Below, one piece after another: positions 12,741 through 26,260 of a stretch of DNA of 64,000 nucleotides. Source of the stretch: Callorhinchus milii (taxonomy: Eukaryota); the NCBI RefSeq assembly GCF_018977255.1, contig NW_024704743.1, positions 44,580,001-44,644,000 on the forward strand, given 5' to 3'. Position numbers and translations under genes: made by a program. Every line of letters starts with the position of its first letter. Position 1 is the first letter of the stretch. Under the pieces are notes generated by a model. The model ran no database searches and had not been told where the DNA came from. It saw only the letters and a program-made list of their open reading frames with translations.

Positions 12741-14145
12741 GAATATTAGTTGAGTGTATGTTCGCACAGGAGCAGAGCTATCCATCCTCACACTTTACAA
12801 AATAAAACAATTTATTCTACTGGCTAAAAACAATACAAATACTTGGCTAAAAATAATACAGCCAATGTACTAGGAATTGAATTAGAGAGAGGAAAACCAA
12901 TGGTGAACTACAGTGCATGTAAAAACCACAAAATGAAATGGTCATTATTGGATTACACTGAAAGACTGCATACAGTACTTGTAACAATCCATTAGCTGTA
13001 TTGATTAGGTTTCAGAGAATTACCCATATGCCAAATTAGCTCCACAATGGTGATCATTCTAAGAGGCTCCGTGCCATCCCCTAGCAGATAAAAATGTTCA
13101 TTTCATCAGGTGGAAAATATTTCTGCTTTCCGAATTTCACTTTTTTTTAAAAAAAGGCACAAGATTATTATTAAATTAAACAATAAATAGTTAACGTTTC
13201 TGAGATATGCAGTCCAAATACACTCCAGGTGCGACTTTGCAGGTCAGGAAAAGATAATTCTTTTTCATTATTTCTTCGCTGCAAGGAATGTTTGACTTAG
13301 TAATACGTCGGCTGCATTGCTCAAATAGCATACTTGGCTGCTTTCCGGTGACAAGTATGGAACCATGCCCCTAAGAAAACCTAGAGGGCCTGTGATCTTA
13401 TAATACTACACTGATTTAAAAGAAAATCTTTGTAATGGAACAAAGTATGCGTAAATGGCACAAAATTCAATGTCTCGATTACATTAAAAACATCATTGCA
13501 CTTGTGAAAAGCTTGATGTGAAATGGCTTTTATGAAGACAGTTGCTCCACAAAGAGATGTACAAATAAGACTTTAAAGCGATCAACATGTGACATCTGTT
13601 AGTGCAGGGGCATGCTGAGGTAAGGAACAGCTAAATCTTCAGAAATCAGCTGCTTATACCAGTTTAACTTTTGTTATGAGGTGACATCCTACACAATGCG
13701 TTAATCTTTTCTATGTCTGACACAAGTCTTGATGTAAAGTGATGTTTGGTTGAACACCTGTTTTCCAACTAAATTGCAGCAACATAAAGCATGAACATGG
13801 TTTAATGATGAAGAAAGGAGGGCTAACATTTAAGAAACACACAGCTCTATTTTTTCTATAAACTTTAGTGCTGGTGCTATGTTTATCAGACGACAAATGC
13901 ACCAGAAAAATACTTTTGGGAAGCTGGCAATTTGTGAGTTTTAAAGCAGTGAATTCAACATACAGAAAACAAACTAAGGTTCAATCATAATGCCACTCAA
14001 TTAGATTTTTAAAGTTTCCAAACATTCTGCAATTTAAGAATGTAGATGTTAAAATACATAGTTTTGCATCCAAATTAAAAGTTGTATTATAATTATGTCC
14101 AGACAAAACCTATTTCTGCTAAATGTTTATATTTTAAGACATTAC

Positions 14146-14614
14146 CTTTACAACTTCTCCCCTCATTTTCACCAGCTGTCAATGTCCATGTTAAAGGCAG
14201 CAATTCATTTCTTCCATTGTAATCAAGCTGCAGTAAGGACTCTGAGTGTCTGAAACGGTGGACAGTTTGTGCACTGTACTGCTTTGCTCGAGCCCTCTTC
14301 CTACACATCCCCTTTTCAGGAATTCCAAGTATATTTGGATGATATTTGTAGCAAATCTCATTGCAAAAGGTTGTGGACCCAACAGAAACAGGAAAGGTAC
14401 TTGCGTTGTTTTCCAAACTGCACGTGAAAGGCTTGGACAACATCTTGCTTAACTGTGGCATCCTAGGTAGTATATTCTGTCTGTATTCACTTGATGTGCT
14501 GCCGTCCACCTGTATTTCAGCCTCGAAACACTGGTCTTTTTGGTTATCATATTGATAACACATCGAGTATTTCAGCCAAGTGCACTCTGCTTCTATGTTG
14601 AGTACTTTGCTCAT
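14146..14614 (-). CDS. THRB: Putative TRbeta1-like N-terminal exon (156 open codons ending ...GENEGRSCK-G); 5' boundary uncertain
   Basis: Long non-repeat ORF with a phase-1 donor AAG/GTAATG exactly at CK-G, like human beta1 EEKKCK-GYIPSY. Internal blocks ILGIPEKGMCRK and SESLLQLDYNGRNE resemble human LVGMSEACLHRK and TSSIFHLDHDDVND (recalled). Confidence 0.7.
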
Positions 14615-15626
14615 TCAGTGCCTATTCATTCTATTTTGTGAAAATAAAAATCGTGAATCACTGGCTTCCTAATGCTTTGCTTAAACTCACGAGCTTGCAT
14701 CCACCTGCATCATCTGGAGTACTTCCACTATAGTGTGAGTCCAGAACAAAGTTTTCAGCTAATTTATTTACTTAGACTTAATGATCATTTGAGGACTTTG
14801 AGTTCAAAGCTGGCCATGCACAATTTTCAGATGCTAAGGACGCAAAACAAAATGGACTCAGCCTCAACTGACTTGCCTTTTCGCAAGCTGTCCTGAGACA
14901 CACCCGGTCACCTCAGTGTGACATCCCTTAGAAACCTTTCACTGGTTCCTGCGTTTCTCTCCCGTAACTTTGAATGAATAGGCAACAGTATGTTGGGTGA
15001 TTTGACAGAGAGGATGACAAAAAAATGCACCGGTATTTACCGCACGAGAATGGTTTTTGAACTGGTTTGTCATAAGAAATCAAGCATTAGAGAATTCTGT
15101 TGAGTTGGGATGAGTAAGAAAGGAAATTCCAAGTTCAATTTTAAAATGCAACTTTCTGGAATTTTCGCTACTTTCCACAATATAAAAGAATTTAAGTACA
15201 ATAATTATTTTTCCATATTTTTCAATGAACATCAATCTATCAAGATACCACTCAAGAAACAAATACGAACATATTATCTCAACCACAAAAGAATCTGTTG
15301 CTTTTCTTCTCTGTTGTTCTGTCATTCCTTTCACTAAAGTTTTAGCATTTAGTTGGCATTTACATTACCTTTAAACCAGTGGAGTTTTCAAATAATGACT
15401 TGTATTTTAAAATAAATTCATTACTAACACAGCAGGTTCGCTAATACTTGATATTTTTGACAAACTAATTCAAAACCATTTCTGTGGAGTCTTTACATGA
15501 CAATGATGGTTTGAAAATGCTGCCCTTTGAAATCAAAATTGTGCTAAGAATCACTAAATAAACTAGCCGTTTAAACTTGCTGCTTGCATTTGCAGACTTC
15601 AACACAGTTGTCCTTACAATGTAAAA

Positions 15627-16257
15627 ATAATAATAATTCTTGCATTTGATATAGCGCTTTATCACATCGTCGAGATGTCTCAAGGCACTTCACAGAATAT
15701 ACTGTAAAGTGAATTGACTATATATTTTGTGGGCAAAATACAGCAGTGGCTTACACACCAGAATGAATAATAATTAAATGCAAGGATTATTATATTATTA
15801 TAATGAAAAGGAGTAAACTTGTACCTTATGTTTGGATATCAAAATGCATTGTTGCGAATAAGATGATTTCCTCTCAATTAAATCATAAATCTCTACCTTA
15901 ATTGTGCCTATAAGTACGAAGGTTGAATGGCGGATACATCAGGTAGATCAATGGGAATTAGACAGCTAATGTAATTAAGATTCAATTAAGGGAATAAAAA
16001 CATTTTTAAACACCTATTGATTGACTAACAATTTCAGGTTTAATTGTTCTGAAGCTTTTCTTTGTCAACAGAATCATTTCTGATTTAGTTTTGGATACAT
16101 CTGTTAAAATAAATGCGCTTGCTGAGTATTGGTACTGTGGATTACAGAGATTATTAACAGCGGGAAACATAAATGCTTAGCTGTTATTGTATTAGTGCAT
16201 TGCTTAAAATCCTTTGTGGGTAATTGTACTTTATAGTTTTTGAAAAACTGTAAACTT
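15627..16257 (-). repeat. Copy 1 of an inverted duplication of about 620 bp (partner 22552-23156)
   Basis: gaaaaggagtaaacttgtaccttatgtttggatatcaaaatgcattgttg is the exact reverse complement of sequence near 22970-23020; similarity continues over the whole length. Confidence 0.9.
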
Positions 16258-17429
16258 TATTGTAATTTTGTTGCTTATTTTTTACCTCTCTATGTAGGGC
16301 TCGTTTTTTGGCCTATGATTGATACTTTCAACTCTTTTTATACAATGACTGTTACTGAAGTTGAACATGTTGGTGTTGTATTGTACTTTGATTAATGATG
16401 TTTAGCTTCATTGTAGGAAACCTACAGATCGTTATTGTTTTAGATGGAGTAGAAGTGTTTCAAGATGTCTCTAAGCGCTTCACAGAATATACTGTAAATT
16501 GAATTGACTGCATATTTTGTAGGCAAAATATATGGCTGTATGAATGTATGGCTGTAGCGTTCTTTAACGGTTAATGGTACTATGATTGATACCATTAAGA
16601 CATCAATGCTTGAAGGATTAGGAAGCTGTGTCCAGCAGTGCTGTACAATTGATCGCTTTAGCAATACTTGCGTCTCTTTGTACAGATGTCCATCATTGCA
16701 GAAAGCAATTTCTGTCCTTTTGTATTTCTCTGTTCCAAGTCTCGAAACATCAAAAGAGCAAACATAAGGAATGTGATTCATGTAGGAAATGTACAAAGGG
16801 AACATTGCTTAGTTTGTAGATAGTTAAATCAGTTTTTCAAAGGAAAATGCTGGATGTACACAGAAAGAATCTCAGTCTCTGAGAGGTAGGTTAGTGATTT
16901 GCCAGTGACCAGAAATGGAACAATTGGGTTGAAGGAAGCTTTTACAGGTTTAGGAGAAAATAAAAGACCAGACACCACAAGTTAATGATACTTATTCAGT
17001 GCCTTTCATGTTGAATGAATGCCCAAAACATTCAGAAAGATGATGGGAATTGCCAAGCAGAGAACAAAGGAGGGCAATTTGATGGTTTTGATCAGAAGCA
17101 CAGTCAAAGAAATACATTTTTAAAATGAGTCTGAAGGCCACGAGAGAAGATGCAGGGTGAAGGGATTTCAGAGAGGCATAAATGCACAATGTTTTGAGTT
17201 AGAAAAAAGCTGCCTTGATCACTGACCAACATAATAGGGTCAAACATAATTTTTTTTGTTTGGTCTGACACATTCGGAAACCCATCCCAAGGCTTAAGAG
17301 TATCCAAACCAAGCTGAGATTTCTATTCATCCCAACTACACACGGAAATCCCAGAGATAACATTGTTGGAATGGAATGCACACTTTCTCTCTGGAGGGAA
17401 GCATCCTGATTACCAAATCCCAGAAAGTA

Positions 17430-17762
17430 TAATAATAATAATAATAATCCTTGCATTTGATAAAGCGCTTTTCACGTCAGGAGGACGTCCCAAAGCGCTT
17501 CACAGAACACACTGTAAAGTGAATTGACTGTATATTTGTGGGCGAACGCGGCAGCCAATTGCGCACAGCAATGTCCCACAAACAGTCGTAGATTGAAAAT
17601 GACCAATTTAATTATTGTTTTGGGTTTTTATTTTTTTTGGAGGGATTATTATTAGGCGTGTGGAGTAAGGAAACTTGCCCAAGGTTTCGCCCTGCCTGGA
17701 ATTGAACTCAGGTCTCTCACTTGCAAAGCGAGTGCTCTAACCACTGAGCTACAGGACTCCAC
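17430..17762 (-). mobile_element. Young SINE, full length, splitting an unclassified repeat
   Basis: Near-identical to the other young copies. Confidence 0.92.
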
Positions 17763-18294
17763 ATTATTAGGTACATTATTAGGTACACTCCAGTATTAGG
17801 TACAGGTTGGCAAGAGCAAGGCTTGGGGAACCCAGAGTGTGCTTTGGGGAACTGGTAGAGTCCATCCAGCTAAAAACGTGTAGCTTGCCATTGATATTGC
17901 TGTTAGGCAAGCTTTCCTGCTGCTTGTCCAGCTAGGACCACCCTACCTGTTAAGGCTTTGGCTTGCATGGTTAACAGGAGCTGAGTGGGATGACTCCTTG
18001 GCCCCAGTGAATGGTCTGCCCTTCTAGGTTGACTGTGCTGCCATCAGTAGTGCCCTGGAATACTGCAGACCCACCTGGCTCAGGAACCGGTCTACCAAGA
18101 CTGCCACTGAGGGCTGGCTCGATTCCGACATTCCGTTGCCAGGCATGTCACCTTGGAGCCAGTTCAGTTCCAGGGAGACCCCGCTTACTTCCCCCATCCA
18201 GGAGAATAATCACATAAGTAGTCTAACATAAGTATCAGGGAGACGATAACTCAAATCACTACCCATATAGACAATAGGTGATAACCTTGCTAAG

Positions 18295-18610
18295 CTGATG
18301 GCACTCTTGCCTCTGGGTAGGAAGGTTGTGAATTTAAGCCATGTCAGAAATTCAAGCTCATAATTTAGACTGACAATCCAATGCATTGTCAGAGGTACCT
18401 TCCTTTGGATGAAATGTTGAACCAAAGTCCTGTCTGCCTGTTCTAAGTGAGCATTAAAGATCCCATGGTACTATTTGAAAAGAGAATCAAGTTTCTCCCA
18501 GTATCCTAGTTAATAATACTCCAGATCAAATTAGTCATTCACTTCATAGTTGTTTGTGAGACATTGCTGTGTGCAATTGACTTCTGTGTTTTCCTACAAA
18601 TACATAGTCT
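18295..18610 (+). mobile_element. Old Deu-domain SINE (SacSINE1/AmnSINE1-like)
   Basis: ctttggatgaaatgttgaaccaaagtcctgtctgcc...aaagatcccatggtactatttgaa is the Deu-core pattern. Confidence 0.75.
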
Positions 18611-19604
18611 AAAAATGTGAATGCTCTGGTACAGAAAGTGGTATCAGTGGAATCAATAAGGATGTTTGAAAGAAAGATATCCAGATACCTGAGTCATAAT
18701 GGTAATTTGGGATAAGGGAAAATCACAATATTGGTCGTAAAAAATGCCAAGATCTAATAAACTGGTGAAACAGACTCAATGGGATGAACAGCCATTATCT
18801 TGTTCGTGGTTTCCTATATTCCTCCAAATATCGCAAATTAGTTAAAGTATTCATAAATTTTATATAGGCCCATAGGACTAGGATACAACCCCCATATTGG
18901 GATCATGCTAAATAGGCTGCCTAGGTTAGCGTTGGTGCTAAACCATTTTAAACCAGGAAATGAGTCAAAGACATATTAGATCTTTATCTGTGACCACATT
19001 ATCTCATCTAACATGAATACAAAATAGATAGATTGAGCAAAGGATATTTACCGAAGATAGATCTACATTAGGTTTATGTGACTTGTATAGGCATCAGTCA
19101 TTACTTCTCATCATCATTGCAGAATTGGGAATAAGTTACATCTAGGTTGAAAACCTACCACTATAGTAACTTTCAAGAACAGTTTTAAAGAAAAGCACGG
19201 TGAACCATTTATCACTTCAAATGATTCTGTCATTTTGTCAAAATAGCCAGGCAATCACAGATCATTTACAGCATTTTGTAACAACGCAATTTAGCATACT
19301 GAACCGTGAATAACTTTAAATATGAACGCTAACTTAAATATGAACCTGGTTTGAAGCAAATCAGTAAAATACAGAAATTTTCAAGACTTTGACGTGCTGT
19401 CATTGGCACCACTGCAGTTTATTGCAACAAGAAGAAAGTTTGGTCACTCAATCCACGACTGTTTGTGGACACTGCTGTGTGCAATTGGCTATCGTGTTTC
19501 TCCAACAAAATATACAGTCAATTCACTTCACAGTATATTCTGTGAAGCGCTTTGAGATGTCCCAACAATGTGATGCATTGCTATATCAAATGCAAGGATT
19601 ATAC

Positions 19605-20330
19605 ATTAGAATACAAAGCACAGAAACAGGCCATTCGGCCCAACTGGTCTATGCCGGTGTTTATGCTCCACCTGCCCTTCCTCAACTAAGCTTTAAACAT
19701 AACCTTCTATTCCTTTCTCCCTCATGTTCCTATCTTGCTTTCCCTTAAATACATCTATGCTATTTGCCTCAACAATTCCTTGTGGTAGCATGTTCCACAT
19801 TCCCACTACTCTTTGTGTGAAGAAATTTCTTCTAACTTCCCTATTTGATCTATTTGTGACTATTTTGTATTGATGGCCCCTGGTTTTCGTCTCCCCCACA
19901 AGTGGAAACATCTTCCCTATATCTACCCTATCAAAACTTTTCATAATCTTAAAGACCACTATCAGGTCACCCCTTACCCTCCCCTTTTCAAGAGAAAAGA
20001 GTCCAAGCATGTTCAGCCATTCCCGATAGGTATAACCTCTCAGTTCTGGGATCATCCTTGTAAATCCCCTTTGCGCCCTCTCCAGTGTCTCTACATCCTT
20101 TCTATAATGTGGGGACCAGAACTGCACATAGTATTCTAATGTGGTCTAACCTCGGTTCTATAGAAGTTTACCATAACTTCCTTGCTTTGCATTTCTAACC
20201 CTCTAGAAATGAACCCCAATGCCTGGTTTACCTTCTTTATGGCCTTATTAACCTGCATTGTTACTTTTAGTGAATTGATATGTATACCCCAAGATCTCTT
20301 TGCTCCTCTACCCCATTTAGGTTTTCATTT
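19605..20330 (-). mobile_element. CR1 LINE 3' fragment
   Basis: ORF QFWSPHYRKDVETLERAQRGFTRMIPEL...LFSLEKGRVRGDLI...FFTQRVVGMWNMLP, plus CR1 3' UTR. Confidence 0.92.
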
Positions 20331-20784
20331 TCCAATTATTATAATTATTATTCCGAACAATGCTTTCACAGTCATGTGTTACATCTTATCTACTCATCTT
20401 CCATTCTAAGCAACATTTTTTAATCTCTTGCCATAAAGTTGTGTAAACACATTCAGTGTAAAATATTGCAAATTATTGAGGAAAATCTAAATGGACTGAG
20501 TATGCTTGACAGGCTATAGTACAGTCCAAGCCAAAAATAGACAGAACTTGAGATCAGCATCTCTCTCTCATGCTGGGCAGTCTATATATAGTAAATGTAT
20601 ATATTGTTACATGTATTTGATACTCAGTACACAGTATATTACTGGGTTGTAAAGATTGCTGAGTAAACAACAGTAAGCTGGCTTCATTCCAGACACTAAA
20701 CGTTATATCCTGGTTATCTTAAAGCCCTGCCTTTAGTGGCGACGCTGCAAGATAAGCAAGGATAAGGCAGTACTGCCTGAAAAT

Positions 20785-21095
20785 AGCAGGCTCCGGCCTG
20801 CTTCACGTCCCCTGCCTCGCCCGCCCCACCATTGGCGGACGGGCCTTCAGCCACTCAGCCCCCATCCTCTGGAATTCCATCCCGCAGTCCCTCCGCCTCG
20901 CCCCCGAACTTGCCTCTTTCAAGACGCATCTCAAGACCCTACTCTTCGACCGTGCTTTCGATCTCTCTGCTTCCACCCCTGACCTCCACCCTCCCCAATC
21001 CTGAGCCCCAGCTCGGGTCCGAAACACTGACTGTCCAGGGCCTTTGGATGTCCTCCCGATGTGATAGGCGCTGTACAAATATAATGTTGTTGTAT
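20785..21095 (+). mobile_element. L2 LINE 3' fragment
   Basis: ccaccattggcggacgggccttcagccac...ctcttcgaccgtgctttc...ggcgctgtacaaatataatgttgttg. Confidence 0.85.
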
Positions 21096-22551
21096 TGTTT
21101 CCTCTGCAAGTGTACAGTGCTGCCTTCAGCAGTGCTGGTCACCATTAGTTTCTGATGATCATGTAAAGCTCCTTTCAATACCACTGAAATACAGTATGGC
21201 ATCACCATTTGCCTGGCGATTAGTTACTATACTGACATAGGCCTTTATTCACTGTAAACAGAATGCAGCCCGATGACCTCGTGCTGTGTGTTAAATGAAC
21301 TGCTTTTGTCCCACTCAACTATGCCCCAGCCTATTATATCAGTATTATCCAAATGCCAGCACTGCTGTGGTATTGTGGCCCCAGGGCTCATGGTGAGGGT
21401 GGCTGCTAGCGCACTCACCATCATTTTGGCAGCAGTAGTGGCTCGCCTCTCCTCCGGGCTCCTGGCTATTCTATCATGTGCTGTGTGAAGGTGCAGAGTG
21501 CACTTTTGCAAGGAGGAAAGTAGCAGCGTCCGTGCCTGCACTGGGTGAAAAAGCCCTGTTTTCCCCATCGTATAAGTGTCTAAAGGTCGATGTGCCGCTG
21601 TGTGAAGAGTAAGTGTACGTCAGTCCATTCCTGGGAACCTGGTGATGGCACAACTGCTGCTTACTCATTCTGCAGCTTTCAGGGGTCTGAGCCCCCTCTT
21701 GCCTTAGCCACCCGCCGACTAACAAAGGCTCTTGGGAAACATCTGTGAGACACTCGAGAAATTTCCTGATTTCCCGAATAGCCAGTCTGCTCCTGCACCT
21801 GGAGAACATTCACTGTCTATAGCTCAGGTTCCGCACTCTGCAGAGGTCTATCATGTGTGACATGTAAACATTGTAATATTATGCATCGCTTGTAAAGAGG
21901 AAATAACAGGTGCACCTAATAATACAATTGGCAACAAATGAAAAGATTGTATGTAAATCACAGGCCTTTTGGACATCTAACAAAACCTTCCATTCTGCTC
22001 TGCTTCTGCTCTATCGCACAAGTAACCCTAATTTGTCTTTCAAATGCACAAGGTCTGAAATGTTGGCACCCTTTCTGTTTTGTATTACAATATTTATACG
22101 GATTTCTAACTCACACAAAGCTGTTTGAAAGCAAATTTGATCCGCCATGACCTAATTTTTATTGTGTTGTCTATTTTCTCTGTTCCATTCATCCCCTCTC
22201 CATTACTTATCTTTATTTTTCATAAGACTACGCAGTTCAATTTGCTCTGTGCAAATTGGAAGCCACTTTCAGCTATAAAATCCGCAGCGAATACAGTCAA
22301 CAGTATATTCTGTGAAGCGCTTGAAAACATCCTCTTGACATGAAAGGTCCTGTAGCTCAGTTCGATTCCCAGCAGGGTGAAACGTTGGGCAAGTTTCCTT
22401 ACTCCACATGCCTGATAATAATCCCTCAAGAAAAAAAATAATAATTTGGTCATTTCAATCTATGACTGTTTGTGGGACACTGCTGTGCTCAATTGGCTGC
22501 CACGTTTCACCCACAAATATACAGTCAATTCACTTTACAGTCTATTCTGTG

Positions 22552-23156
22552 AAGTTTACAGTTTGTCAAAAACTACAATGTGCAATTACCCCCAAAGGAT
22601 TTTAAACAATGAATTAATACAATAACAGCTAAGGATTTATGTTTCCCGCTGTTAATAATCCCTGTAGTCCACAGTACCAATACTTCAACAAGTGGTATTT
22701 GTTTTAACACAACAGATATATCCCACACCAAACCAGAAATTATTCTGTTGATAAAGAAAAGCTTCAGAATAATTAAACCTGACATTGTTAGTCAATCGAT
22801 AGGTGTTTAAGAATGTTTTTATCCCCTTAATTGAAGCTTAATTTCATCATTAGCTGTCTAATTCCCATCGATCTACCTGTCATTGATGTATCTGACATTC
22901 AAATTTCTCACTTACAAGTGCAATTAAGGTAGGGATTTATGGATTAATTGGGAAGAAATCAGCTTACTCCCAACAATGCATTTTGATATCCAAACATAAG
23001 GTACAAGTTTACTCCTTTTCATTCTGGTGTGTAAGCCACTGCTACATTTCGACCACAACATATACAGTCAATTCACTTTACAGTATATTCTGTGAAGTGC
23101 CTTGAGACGTCTCGATAATATGGTAAGGCACTATATCAAATGCAAGAATTATTATT
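22552..23156 (+). repeat. Copy 2 of the inverted duplication, ending in a SINE tail
   Basis: Reverse complement of 15627-16257. Preceded by a SINE body at about 22345-22551. Confidence 0.9.
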
Positions 23157-23440
23157 AATTTTATTTGTTTGGATCTTTGCCAATTTGTGAAAAAAACATT
23201 TCTAGAAAACAAAATTGCTTTGTTTTGAAATGATTGTTTTAAAAAAAATCTCTTTTTAAAAAAGGATAAAAATAGCTCTTTTAAAAAAATTCTTGAATAT
23301 CTTTATCAAATGAAACCAATTGTTAATTTCAACCAATCTGATCGGCTTGCACTAAGTGCTATGACATGGAAATTAGATCTAGACATGTGCAACACCAAGC
23401 AGATTTATACCAATGGGCAATTTCAAGGTTGCAACTCATT

Positions 23441-23561
23441 CAAAGGGTACAGCTCATCATAAACTACAATCAAAGCTACAACTCATCATAAACTACAATC
23501 AAAGGGTACAGCTCATCATAAACTACAATCAAAGCTACAACTCATCATAAACTACAATCAA
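23441..23561. repeat. Tandem repeat with alternating 30/29-bp units (ABAB)
   Basis: caaagggtacagctcatcataaactacaat / caaagctacaactcatcataaactacaat, each present twice exactly. Confidence 0.95.
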
Positions 23562-23729
23562 TTATAAACAACATTGTACTATGCTATAGCATATGGTCAC
23601 CTCTATCCTTCTTGACCCTGTATAGTCACCTGTGGTGAACCCCCCACCTCTATTCTTGGTACTCTCTGTTCTTTTAATCAGAGGCATAGCATTAACAAAA
23701 CATTATTAAGACAACATCATGTGCGTTAA

Positions 23730-24140
23730 CCTAGTGCAGTGGTAGCATTTTCGCCTCTCAGTCAGAAGGTTTTGAGTTCAAGCCCCACATCGGGATTTGG
23801 AATCACTAGCAGACACTTCAATGCAGTCTGGGGAGGTGTAGTATTGTCGGAGGTGCTATCCTTCGGATGAGATGTTAAATCGAGATCACGTCTGCATGTT
23901 CAAGTGGATGTTAAAGATCCCATGGCACTATTTGAAAAGAGAAGGAAATTTCTCCCATGGTCCTGGCCAACAATCCCCCAAATAAAATTCCTCATTCCAT
24001 GGTTGTCTGTGGGATATTCCTGTGCGCAAATGTTTGGCCACAAAATATACAATCAATCCACTGTGAAGGGTTTTCGGATGTCTCGATGACATGTCTCGAT
24101 GATGCTATACCAAATGTAAAGACTATTATTATTATTATCA
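23730..24140 (+). mobile_element. Old full-length Deu-domain SINE
   Basis: tRNA-like head, Deu core (cttcggatgagatgttaaatcgag...aaagatcccatggcactatttgaa) and tail. Further decayed copies at about 24310-24600 and 24770-25080. Confidence 0.8.
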
Positions 24141-26241
24141 TCATGATCAAACCTTTCTTAACAAACATCAAACATCTCTTTGACAGCGCTTTCTTCCCTC
24201 CAAAACTCAGGCTACCAGTCAGGGCATCAGGGATATATTTGAATGTCAACAAAACTGAAAACCATCCTGTTTAGCTGTCAGCAGTATTTTCTTGAGTTAG
24301 ACTCTGAATCCATCAATCTCACCTCTGAAGCTGAATATTATGGGTTCAAATCTCATGTTGCATTTTGAACTCATAATTTAGCCTAACACTCCAGTGCAAT
24401 AGGAGAGTGCTAGCAAAGGCATCATTCTTTAGAGAAGAGGTTAAAATGAAGGTCCCCTTTGCCTATTCAGATGGACATTAAAGATTTCACATCACTTTTT
24501 GGAAAGAAAAGGGCCAATAATTCTTCAGATAAATTGTTTATTCACCTCATGGCTGAGAGTGAGTGTGCAAAGTTGCTGCTGTTTGCCTTTTAAAAAAAAG
24601 TAATTTGTGAGCAAGTGAATCATAGAAACCTGCAGCACAGAGGGAGGTCATTCGGCCCATTATGCCTTTGCTGGCTCTTTAAAAGAGCTATCTGAATAGA
24701 CTCAATCACCCACTCTTTCCCTATAGCCTTACAATTTTTTTTGGTTTTCAAGTAATGGGTGAGTTGCATTGGCCCAGGTGCCGTCCTTTGGATGAGACAT
24801 TAAACTGAGGTCCTGTCTGCCTGTTCAGATGGCCATTAAAGTTCCCATCGCACTGTTCAAAAAAAGAAGGGAGTTTCTCCCAGTGTCCTGATCAATAAAT
24901 TCCCCAAATAAAATTGGTCACTCACTCCTTGGCCATTTGTGGGACACTGCTGCGTGTAAACAGGCTGCTGTTCCACTTACAAAATGCACAGTCAATCCAC
25001 TTTACAGTATATCCTATGAAGCACTTTGAGTCATCTCAGTGATGTGATAAAGCGCTATATCAAACGCAAGGATTATTAGTGATATGTTGATATATCCATA
25101 TCATTATTGATATATCCATACCAACACCTTGTCTCACCCCTAATGACATAATCCCCCTCAGTGAAGTTGCCCCACTATGGTAAACATTCACTCTAACCCT
25201 TGCCTTAATCGCCCCAGTGGCAATGGTGTGGCTCTGATTTCCAAATCCTCCTCTTGGTCTGAACCTTTACTCCTCTGGATCCTTCTCCCTTTGAACAACT
25301 CCCTCTCTACCATCACTTTCACCTCTCTGTTAATAACCCCATCACACTCCCAATGCCTTTTGTGCTGAAATTTCCCCTCTCCTATCTTTCCTCAGCTTCT
25401 TCTCGGAGAGCCTCTTCATCTTTGGCAACTGTAACTTCTCTTCATCCCTGCCTATTCTATCCCCTCAAAGGTCTCTGTCCTCCTCTTCTTCAGACCTATC
25501 CCCACATCCACAGCCACTCTCCTGAGTTTGTCATCATCCAAGTTTACTCCATTGCCTTGAGTTCCATTTCTGCTAAGGGTATCTTTGACTATTTCCTTAT
25601 CTGCCTCTCTGCATACCCTTTACTATCTTCTCCTGCTCTTCCAGAAAAATAGCTCTTCATTCTCTCTTAACTGTGCCCCACTCCACTTCACTAAAGATAT
25701 AGTGAGTTTCAGTCACTATGTCTCTGATCTCTGGAATGCTTTCACTCTATCCCTCTATCTCACCCACCCTCTCTATATGTCTTTAAATCCTGCCTAAAGA
25801 TTTACTTCTTTGACCGTATCTCTGGTCACCTCTCCCTTCCCCCTTGCTCAGTGCCTGCCCCCTGTTCTCATGAAGTGCACCGAGCCATTATCCTATGTGA
25901 AAACCTCTATATAATAATATATATTGTTGTTATATACAAGTTGTTGTGCAGGAAGTGACGTTGCCAGTGACTCCATGACTGAGACATTGGCCTTTTTTAT
26001 TACGAGAGGCCAGACAGACTTTCTGGTGCACATGCTTTACGGTGGGCTGGAATTTTATGGATCCCAAGTACTGCCGTATAATAGGTTCTACTGGATCATT
26101 TTTCTCAATCTCCCATCAACAACCTTTGCGAAGGCTTACATAGCATGGTTATATTGCTATATTATTGCTGCTAAACTGAGTCCAGAATCAAGAGACCTTA
26201 ACGTCATGGGTGCTGTTTACAACAGAACATCTTTTCAGTAC

Positions 26242-26260
26242 CTGACATACTGCTCGACAT
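26242..26260 (-). CDS. THRB: THRB initiation exon, coding part MSSSMS-G (whole exon 26242-26303, 62 bp, mostly 5'UTR)
   Basis: CTAATTTTTCCTTACAG/GTGGTG...ATGTCGAGCAGTATGTCAG/GTACTG. Strong acceptor, phase-1 donor. Peptide resembles frog MPSSMS-GYIPSY and human MTPNSMT (recalled). Confidence 0.85.

Noticed and set aside
23441..23561. CRISPR-like array
   Set aside because: Eukaryotic context, no unique spacers; simple tandem duplication.
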